DNA from: an uncultured Acidobacteriota bacterium
GTDB lineage: Bacteria > Acidobacteriota > Terriglobia > Acidiferrales > UBA7541
Length of the DNA stretch: 64,000 bases
NCBI GenBank assembly: GCA_963818605.1
Contig: CAWFSW010000008.1
Location: 2,589 to 66,588, forward strand
Direction of reading: 5' to 3'
Translations under genes and position numbers: made by a program
Shown: positions 57,505 to 64,000 of the stretch, in pieces
Layout of the letters: every line of letters starts with the position of its first letter
How positions within the stretch are numbered: position 1 is the first letter of the stretch
The notes under the pieces: model-generated
Databases searched by the model: none
Seen by the model: only the letters and a program-made list of their open reading frames with translations
What the model was told of the DNA's origin: nothing

Positions 57505-58398
57505 ATGACCTCGAAAGCCAAGAAAGTACGCAAGGCCGTCCTGCCCGTGGCAGGACTTGGGACGCGATTCCTGCCGGCGACGAAGGCCATCCCTAAGGAA
57601 ATGCTGACCGTTGTGGACAAGCCGCTGATCCAGTACGCGGTCGAGGAGTGCATCGCATCCGGTATCGAGCATGTGATCTTCGTCACCGGCCGCCACAAGA
57701 GCGCGATCGAGGATCACTTCGATTTTTCGCCGGAGTTGGAAAGTTTTCTCGAGCAGCGGGGAAAAGCCGATCTCGCTCAGTTGGTCCACGATATCTGTGC
57801 CGGAGTCCAATTCAGCTATACGCGCCAGAGCGAAGCGCTGGGTCTTGGCCACGCGGTGCTCTGCGCGGCGGAGCTTGTCGGCGACGAGCCGTTCGCCGTT
57901 CTCCTCGGCGACGTGATTATGGAAGGCGCTGTCCCCGCGACGCGCGAGCTTGTGGAGATCTACGAGGCGACAGGCTCGGGAGCAATTCACGTGGAGCGCG
58001 TGCCGCGCGAACGCGTGCATCTTTATGGAATTGTGGACGCGCAGCCGGAAAAAGAATCGCGCTGGGGCGAGAAAGTTCTGCGCGTCAAGAATTTGGTGGA
58101 AAAGCCGAGCGCCGAAAAGGCTCCTTCAAACCTTGGAGTCACCGGACGCTACGTCCTGCCGCCGGAAATCTTCGATTACCTTGCGAAGACGAAGCCCGGC
58201 ACGGGCGGCGAAATTCAACTGACCGATGGTCTTTGCAGATTGGCTGAGGACGATAAAATGCTCGCGTGCGTCTACGACGGAAAAGTCCACGACGCGGGAG
58301 ACAAACAAGGATTTCTCCAGGCCACCGTCAATTTTGGACTGAAAGATCCGAAACTCGGAAAGGATTTCCGTGCGTATCTGAAGGGACTCAAGCTCTAG
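57505..58398 (+). CDS. galU: UTP--glucose-1-phosphate uridylyltransferase
   Basis: KAVLPVAGLGTRFLPATKAIPKEMLTVVDKPLIQY... Confidence 0.95.
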   Translation: MTSKAKKVRKAVLPVAGLGTRFLPATKAIPKEMLTVVDKPLIQYAVEECIASGIEHVIFVTGRHKSAIEDHFDFSPELESFLEQRGKADLAQLVHDICAGVQFSYTRQSEALGLGHAVLCAAELVGDEPFAVLLGDVIMEGAVPATRELVEIYEATGSGAIHVERVPRERVHLYGIVDAQPEKESRWGEKVLRVKNLVEKPSAEKAPSNLGVTGRYVLPPEIFDYLAKTKPGTGGEIQLTDGLCRLAEDDKMLACVYDGKVHDAGDKQGFLQATVNFGLKDPKLGKDFRAYLKGLKL

Positions 58399-58401
58399 CG
58401 T

Positions 58402-58773
58402 TCACTTCTTTTTGCGATTCGAAGAGCCCTTGCTGGAACTGTCGGAGGCCGCGGGCTTCGACTCGGTCTTGGATTCGGATTTCGATTCGGTGGATTTGTC
58501 CGAGGATTTATCCGAAGATGTGTCCGCTGACTTTTCCGATGTTTTCGCCGCTGCGGAATCGCCGGAACTCTCGCCCGAAGCCGGCGCGGACTTTTTCCCT
58601 CCGTAATCGGTGACGTACCATCCCGAACCCTTGAACTGAATCGCCGGCGCCGACGCCATACGAGGCGCGCGAGCGCCGCATTTCGGGCATTTTTTCGTTT
58701 CCGACGCCGAAACGCTTTCGATCTTCTCGAAGCGATGGCCGCACTTCACGCACTTGTATTCGTACAACGGCAA
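58402..58773 (-). CDS. FmdB-family zinc-ribbon protein with a Ser/Lys-rich tail
   Basis: A TTG start gives MPLYEYKCVKCGHRFE...KCPKCG. GAGAGGAG upstream. Confidence 0.8.
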   Translation of the reverse strand: MPLYEYKCVKCGHRFEKIESVSASETKKCPKCGARAPRMASAPAIQFKGSGWYVTDYGGKKSAPASGESSGDSAAAKTSEKSADTSSDKSSDKSTESKSESKTESKPAASDSSSKGSSNRKKK

Positions 58774-58816
58774 CGGGAAGCTCCTCTCGTATCTACTTGC
58801 GGTGTGAACGCCGAAG

Positions 58817-59044
58817 TCAGGCTTGCGCGACCCGCCGAAGCACCGGGATCTTCGCTTCGCGCAGCACATGCTCGACTACCGTCTCGCGCAGACGTGAAGC
58901 GTCGTAATCGAAGTGCAAGTGATTGGTCTTTTCGTCGAAGCGAAACTTCTGCAGCCCGTAGGTATTCGCGAACTGGCCGAGCGCCCGGAACTGGTCAGCC
59001 TTGAGCGGATTCTGCAATTCGTACGTCACGGTCATGAATGTCAT
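58817..59044 (-). CDS. hypothetical small protein (75 aa)
   Basis: ORF trimmed to MTFMTVTYEL.... Same strand as, and upstream of, the FmdB-like gene. Confidence 0.35.
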   Translation of the reverse strand: MTFMTVTYELQNPLKADQFRALGQFANTYGLQKFRFDEKTNHLHFDYDASRLRETVVEHVLREAKIPVLRRVAQA

Positions 59045-59098
59045 GCCCGCATTATAGCATCGGCATCCAGCGGGATTCACACCCGGAGCTGTGGACTT

Positions 59099-61441
59099 TC
59101 AGAGCTTGAGGCTGCGGAGGCGCAGGGCATTGCCGATCACGGAAACGGAGCTGAAGGTCATCGCGGCGCTGGCGAGAATTGGACTGAGCAGCCACCCGAA
59201 AATCGGGTAGAGCACGCCGGCGGCAATCGGAATTCCGATGGAATTATAGAGGAATGCAAACACGAGATTCTGGCGGACGTTGCGCATGGTGGCGCGGCTG
59301 AGCGCGCGAGCCCGCGCGATGCCACGCAAGTCGCCTGCGAGCAGCGTAATGCCCGCGCTCTCGATGGCGACGTCGGTTCCCGTTCCCATGGCGATGCCGA
59401 CATCGGCTTGGGCAAGCGCAGGGGCGTCGTTCACGCCGTCACCCGCCATGGCGACAACATGGCCTTCGGTCTGCAGCCGCTTGACGATTGCGCCTTTTTG
59501 ATCGGGCAGCACGCCCGCGATTACTTCGTCTATGCCCAGCGTGCGAGCGACGGATCCGGCGGTCGCTCGGCTGTCTCCAGTCAGCATCACGATGCGGACT
59601 TTTTCGCGGTGCAGGCGCTCAATCGCTTCCGGAGCGGTTGCTTTCAGGGGATCGGCGACGCCGATGATTCCCGCAAGTGTTCCATCCGCAGCAACGAACA
59701 TCACGGTTTGCCCTTTGGCTTCCAAGGATTTCGCGCGTTCGTTGAGATTTTCCACTGAGACGCCGATCTCGGCAAACAGCGCGCGATTTCCAAGCGCCAC
59801 CTTTTGTCCAGCCGTTGTTCCCGTGACGCCTTTGCCCGTGAGCGAATGGAAGTCGGCGATATCTGCTGGCGCAACGGCGCGTTCCTTCGCCCCTGCAAGG
59901 ATTGCTGCCGCGAGTGGATGCTCGCTGGCGCGTTCCAGTGTCGCGGCGAGGCGAAGCACCTGTGCTTCATTGTGGCCGAGCGCCGCGACAATCGTGGTGA
60001 CACGCGGGTGACCTTCGGTCAGCGTGCCCGTCTTATCCACGACCAGCGTGTCCACCCTCTCAAGAATCTCGAGCGCCTCCGCATTCTTGATCAGGACACC
60101 CGCAAGCGCGCCGCGTCCCGTGCCGACCATAATCGCCATGGGAGTGGCGAGCCCAAGGGCGCAGGGGCAGGCGATGATGAGGACGGCGACGGCGTTGAGG
60201 AGAGCGTGCGCCATTTTCGGCGCAGGTCCGAAAACAGACCAAACGGCGAAAGTGAGCGCAGCTACCAGCACGACGGTCGGAACGAAGTAGGAGGAGACGC
60301 GGTCGGCGAGTCGCTGCACCGGCGCGCGGCTGCGCTGCGCTTGACCAACCATGCGCACGATTTGCGCGAGCAGGGTTTCGCTGCCCACGCGCTCGGCGCG
60401 CATCAGGAAAGTTCCGGTGCCATTGACGGTTCCGCCGGTCACGCGAGCCCCGGCGATTTTCTCCACGGGTATCGGCTCGCCAGTGACAAGCGACTCGTCC
60501 ACGGAACTCGATCCGTCGGTTACCGAGCCATCCACTGGCACTTTTTCGCCGGGCCGCACACGAAGAACATCTCCCGGCGCGATGTGCTCCACGGGCACGT
60601 CAATTTCAGTGCCGTCGGCGCGAACCAAGCGCGCGGTCTTCGGCGACGATTTCAGGAGCGAGCGGATTGCAGCGGACGTTCGACTACGCGCGCGAAGCTC
60701 TAGCACCTGCCCGAGAAGGACCAGCGCCGTGATCATCGCAGCTGCTTCGAAATATACCGGGACTTCGCCATCCGCCATGCGGAACGAGGCAGGGAAGAGG
60801 CTGGGCCAGAGAACCGCGATCGTGCTGTAGATGTAGGCCGTGCCTGTGCCGAGGGCGATCAGAGTAAACATGTTCAAGCTGCGATTGACGAGCGACGCCC
60901 ATCCGCGTTCGAAGAACGGCCAACCGGCCCAGAGGACTACGGGAGTCGTGAGCGCGAGCTGAATCCATCCGATCACATGCATGGACAAAGCCCGCTGCAC
61001 GGGCTGGCCGGGAATCATGTCCGACATGCCGAGCGCGAGGACGGGAATCGCCAGAGCCACGCTCGTCCAAAATCGCCTGGTCATCGAGACAAGCTCAGGA
61101 TTTTCTTCCTCTTCCGCTGCTGCCGTGCGCGGCTCGAGCGCCATGCCGCAGATCGGACACGAGCCGGGTTTCGAGCGGACAATTTCCGGGTGCATCGGGC
61201 AGGTGTATTCGGCGGAATTTGCCGCAGCGGCTGGAGCGAGTTTAAATTCGTCGAACTTAACGAGATCAGCCCGCCCAGGGGGCAGAGTTGCTTGCGGTGC
61301 AGCGAGATATTTCTCTGGCTCCGCACGGAATTTGGCGGCGCAGCCAGCGGAGCAGAAATAGTAGGTCGTTCCGGCGTGCTCGGTCGTGGCTGCGGCACGA
61401 GCTGGGTCAACCGTCATCCCGCAGACTGGGTCGCGTTCCAT
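59099..61441 (-). CDS. copA: Cu(I)-translocating P1B-type ATPase
   Basis: CPC ([13 protein letters not shown]), DKTGTLT and GDGVNDAP motifs. The N-terminus carries a YHS/TRASH-like DPVCGM...CSAGC and a CPMHPE...CPICGM metal site. Confidence 0.95.
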   Translation of the reverse strand: MERDPVCGMTVDPARAAATTEHAGTTYYFCSAGCAAKFRAEPEKYLAAPQATLPPGRADLVKFDEFKLAPAAAANSAEYTCPMHPEIVRSKPGSCPICGMALEPRTAAAEEEENPELVSMTRRFWTSVALAIPVLALGMSDMIPGQPVQRALSMHVIGWIQLALTTPVVLWAGWPFFERGWASLVNRSLNMFTLIALGTGTAYIYSTIAVLWPSLFPASFRMADGEVPVYFEAAAMITALVLLGQVLELRARSRTSAAIRSLLKSSPKTARLVRADGTEIDVPVEHIAPGDVLRVRPGEKVPVDGSVTDGSSSVDESLVTGEPIPVEKIAGARVTGGTVNGTGTFLMRAERVGSETLLAQIVRMVGQAQRSRAPVQRLADRVSSYFVPTVVLVAALTFAVWSVFGPAPKMAHALLNAVAVLIIACPCALGLATPMAIMVGTGRGALAGVLIKNAEALEILERVDTLVVDKTGTLTEGHPRVTTIVAALGHNEAQVLRLAATLERASEHPLAAAILAGAKERAVAPADIADFHSLTGKGVTGTTAGQKVALGNRALFAEIGVSVENLNERAKSLEAKGQTVMFVAADGTLAGIIGVADPLKATAPEAIERLHREKVRIVMLTGDSRATAGSVARTLGIDEVIAGVLPDQKGAIVKRLQTEGHVVAMAGDGVNDAPALAQADVGIAMGTGTDVAIESAGITLLAGDLRGIARARALSRATMRNVRQNLVFAFLYNSIGIPIAAGVLYPIFGWLLSPILASAAMTFSSVSVIGNALRLRSLKL

Positions 61442-61513
61442 GAACGTCCATTATCGCCTGAGTGTCAAAGGATCGACCAATCAACGTGACGGGAGGCGGA
61501 AAACCGAAAAGGC

Positions 61514-61567
61514 TTACCACAGAGGCCACGGAGACGGCACAGAGAACACAGAGAACACAGAGAAGAC
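61514..61567 (+). repeat. CACAGAG-type motif block (family D)
   Basis: ccacagaggccacggagacggcacagagaacacagagaacacagagaag. Confidence 0.55.
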
Positions 61568-61651
61568 TGCAAGACTCACCGCACCATTCCTCCGTCAGGG
61601 CAGGGAGACGCAGGGGTCGCAGAGAAAGGCGGGAGAACATTTGAGACCGGT

Positions 61652-61712
61652 GGCAGATGGCGGGGCGATGCCAAGCACTTTTGCCGGGCATGGCATGCCA
61701 TGCCCCTACAAA
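61652..61712 (+). repeat. family B GC-palindromic repeat
   Basis: ...GCCAAGCACTTTTGCCGGGCATGGCATGCCATGCCCCTACAAA. Confidence 0.7.
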
Positions 61713-61831
61713 TGCAAGAAAAGGGGCTCGCCTCAAGCGCCGTCGCTTGGAAGGCGAACCATGGAAATCTCCGTGCGGAACATTTCCGGCGGGGCTTACG
61801 TATCTATGCTTGGAACGTCGAACGGTGGTAG

Positions 61832-63025
61832 ATGGGGGCGTCCGTGGAATCGAATGGCGGCAACGGCAAGAACGGCAGGAAGAAGCGCAAGCGCTGGATC
61901 GTGCTGGGGAGCGTGACCATGGCGCTGGTCGCGGTGGTGGTGATTGCCACAGCGGCATTGCGCCCGACGCATACGATTGAACCCGACAAGCTGGCCGGCG
62001 TGGAGCGGGGAGACATCGCGCGGTCCGTAGTCGCCACCGGCAAGATCGAGCCACTCACGAAAGTGGAAGTGAAATCCAAAGCCAGCGGAATCGTCGAGAA
62101 AATCTACCTGGACGCCGGAGACAAGGTGAAGACCGGTCAGGTGCTCGCCGAGCTGGACAAGGAACAACTGCAGGCCAGCGTGGCTGAGTCCCGGGCGAAT
62201 CTGGAAGCGGCCGAAGCGTCCTACCAGAAAAACCTGGTGGATGCGGAAGGTCCGGACGTGCCGTTCCTGAAAAACGACGTGGATCGGGCGCACGATCTCT
62301 TCAAGCAGGGATTGATCGCATTGAATGTGATGCAGGACGCGGAAAAAAACTATCAGCTCGGGCTGAACCGGCAATCGTCCGCGGTGCGGTCCACGCAAAT
62401 GAGCAAGGCGCAGGTAGCGCAGGCCAAGGCGGCGCTCGACAACGCCGAGGAAAATCTCCGGTATTCGACGATCACCAGCCCGATGAACGGGGTGGTGCTA
62501 TCGAAGGATGTGGAAGTGGGAGATGCGGTCAGCTCGATTCTGGTTCTCGGCTCGCAGGCTACGCTGGTGATGACGCTGGGCGATACGAGCGAAGTGTACG
62601 TGCTGGGCAAGGTGGACGAGGCCGACGTCGGCAAAGTTTATCTGGGGCAGAGCGCGCGAATCGTGGTCGAGTCGTTCAAAGACAAGAAATTCGAAGGAAG
62701 AGTGACGAAGATCGCGCCGCTAGGCCAAGAAAAAGACAACGTGACTACATTCGAGGTGCGCGTTTCCATCCAGAATCCGGGCGGCGAACTCCGAGCCAAC
62801 ATGAGCGCGAATGCCGAGATTATTCTCGAAGAAAAAAAGAGCGTTCTGCTGATTCCGGAAGGCGCGGTGATTTTCGACAAAGATAAGAACGCAACCGTGG
62901 AAGTCGCCGACCCGAAGGGGCCGGATGGCCGCAAGAAACTCGCGGTGAAGCTCGGCATCACGAACGGGGTAAAGGCCGAAGTGCTCTCCGGCTTGAACGA
63001 GGGGCAGAAAGTGATCTTGCAATAG
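61832..63025 (+). CDS. efflux transporter periplasmic adaptor (HlyD/MacA family)
   Basis: N-terminal anchor, then coiled-coil, barrel-sandwich and beta-barrel patterns (VATGKIEPLTKVEVKSKASGIVEKIYLDAGDKV...). Confidence 0.85.
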   Translation: MGASVESNGGNGKNGRKKRKRWIVLGSVTMALVAVVVIATAALRPTHTIEPDKLAGVERGDIARSVVATGKIEPLTKVEVKSKASGIVEKIYLDAGDKVKTGQVLAELDKEQLQASVAESRANLEAAEASYQKNLVDAEGPDVPFLKNDVDRAHDLFKQGLIALNVMQDAEKNYQLGLNRQSSAVRSTQMSKAQVAQAKAALDNAEENLRYSTITSPMNGVVLSKDVEVGDAVSSILVLGSQATLVMTLGDTSEVYVLGKVDEADVGKVYLGQSARIVVESFKDKKFEGRVTKIAPLGQEKDNVTTFEVRVSIQNPGGELRANMSANAEIILEEKKSVLLIPEGAVIFDKDKNATVEVADPKGPDGRKKLAVKLGITNGVKAEVLSGLNEGQKVILQ

Positions 63026-63062
63026 TGCCACCAGAATAGGGTGGCAAGCTGGCGGTGCCGAT

Positions 63063-63203
63063 AGATGGGCGGCGCGGCGCCAAGTAAGTTTGCCGGGCGC
63101 AGCATGCTGCGCCCCTACGAACCGTCTGTACCAAGCGGATTTAGATGGGCGGCACGCAGCCAAGTATGTTTGCCGGGCACGGCATGCCGTGCCCCTACAA
63201 AAC
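63063..63203 (+). repeat. two tandem family B repeats between the adaptor and permease genes
   Basis: 63063-63122 and 63142-63203 share AGATGGGCGGC.CG..GCCAAGTA.GTTTGCCGGGC...GCATGC...GCCCCTAC. Confidence 0.75.
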
Positions 63204-63265
63204 CGTTCGCATCGCGTGCACTTGATCGGTGGGCGTTAGTACAGCGGGAATCAACAGCGGCGACC

Positions 63266-64000
63266 ATGAATCTTAGCGATCTTTTCAAAGACACGATTCG
63301 TACCCTCTGGGCACACAAGCTGCGCACATTTCTCACCATGTTCGGAATCACGTGGGGAATTATTTCAATCACGCTGATGGTTGCGGCCACGGAAGGCTTG
63401 CGCGTGGGTTTGAAACGCAATTCGGAAAGCTTCGGCAAAGACATCATGATTTTCTTTGCCGGGCGCACCACGCTTCAAGCAGGCGGGATGCGCGCCGGGC
63501 GCGACGTCCACATCGGCGAAGACGACTATCAGGCGATCGACGACCAGTCGCCGGCGTGCCGCTTCGCGCTGCCCGAAATCGCCAATCAGGTGCAGCTGCG
63601 GAGCCGTTACAACAGCGGCACCCTGGAAGTTTCGGGATCGCTGCCGCCCTTTGCCGAAGTGCGCAGCCTCGACGTGGGAGAGGGCAGATTCTACGACGAT
63701 GCGGACGTGGCGAACGTCAACCGCGTGGCATTTCTCGGCAGCGATACGAAAAAGCAGCTCTTCGGCAGCCGGGAGGCGCTCGGGGAAACGGTGTGGCTAA
63801 GCGACATTCCGTACACCGTGATCGGCGTGATGAAACCGAAGGACCAGAATTCGTCGTACGACGGCCCGGACATTCGAAAGATTTTCGTTCCCTATAGCGC
63901 CGTGGTGCGCGATTTCCCGAATCAGCCGCCCGCTCCGCCGCACACGGTCGATCATCTCCTGGTAGTGCCGAAATCGCTGGCGCTGCACAAGGATTGCAAG
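63266..64000 (+). CDS. MacB/FtsX-type ABC transporter permease, 3-prime partial (runs off the window)
   Basis: Hand translation from ATG 63266 stays open to 64000. MNLSDLFKDTIRTLWAHKLRTFLTMFGITWGIISI..., then a MacB periplasmic-domain-like sequence. Absent from the ORF track because there is no stop. Confidence 0.8.
   Translation, partial: MNLSDLFKDTIRTLWAHKLRTFLTMFGITWGIISITLMVAATEGLRVGLKRNSESFGKDIMIFFAGRTTLQAGGMRAGRDVHIGEDDYQAIDDQSPACRFALPEIANQVQLRSRYNSGTLEVSGSLPPFAEVRSLDVGEGRFYDDADVANVNRVAFLGSDTKKQLFGSREALGETVWLSDIPYTVIGVMKPKDQNSSYDGPDIRKIFVPYSAVVRDFPNQPPAPPHTVDHLLVVPKSLALHKDCK

Overview
This is a high-GC chromosomal segment (above 60% by eye; nothing was computed). Gene content and intergenic repeat types suggest Acidobacteriota, which is inference only. 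I support about 60 protein genes.

Housekeeping genes: fumC, truA, leuC/leuD, tsaD, galU, an HtrA-type protease, an M13 peptidase, an aldehyde dehydrogenase and a Cu P-type ATPase.

Signalling genes: an OmpR-type regulator, a FliA-type sigma, a triple-PAS histidine kinase, two CheY-like regulators and a REC-PAS-GGDEF-EAL protein in one same-strand block. There is also an ECF sigma with a coupled triple-VOC protein, an FHA-GAF protein and a Ser/Thr kinase with TPR repeats.

I recognised no rRNA, tRNA, CRISPR array, transposase or integrase.

Most interesting regions:
1. 3.6-6.6 kb: a lower-GC islet of about 2.8 kb, bracketed by inverted copies of a ~115-nt repeat. It carries a minus-strand cassette of a C2HC zinc-finger protein, a single-pass membrane protein and an Abi_C/HEPN protein. 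Next to it sit a ~520-nt structured non-coding stretch and a HigB/HigA-like toxin-antitoxin pair. This is my best candidate for an uncharacterised defence system.
2. 51.1-55.0 kb: a J-domain protein translationally coupled to a beta-propeller-like protein, followed by a lower-GC zinc-ribbon membrane orphan. The propeller gene carries an in-frame copy of a dispersed palindromic element.
3. 18.09-18.28 kb: a candidate structured RNA that ends in a strong intrinsic terminator.

At least five dispersed repeat families populate the intergenic regions.

Caveat: at least ten single-base frameshifts break seven otherwise ordinary genes, including leuC. Most sit in short homopolymers, so I read them as consensus errors rather than gene decay. 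Other ORF boundaries in this window should be treated with care.
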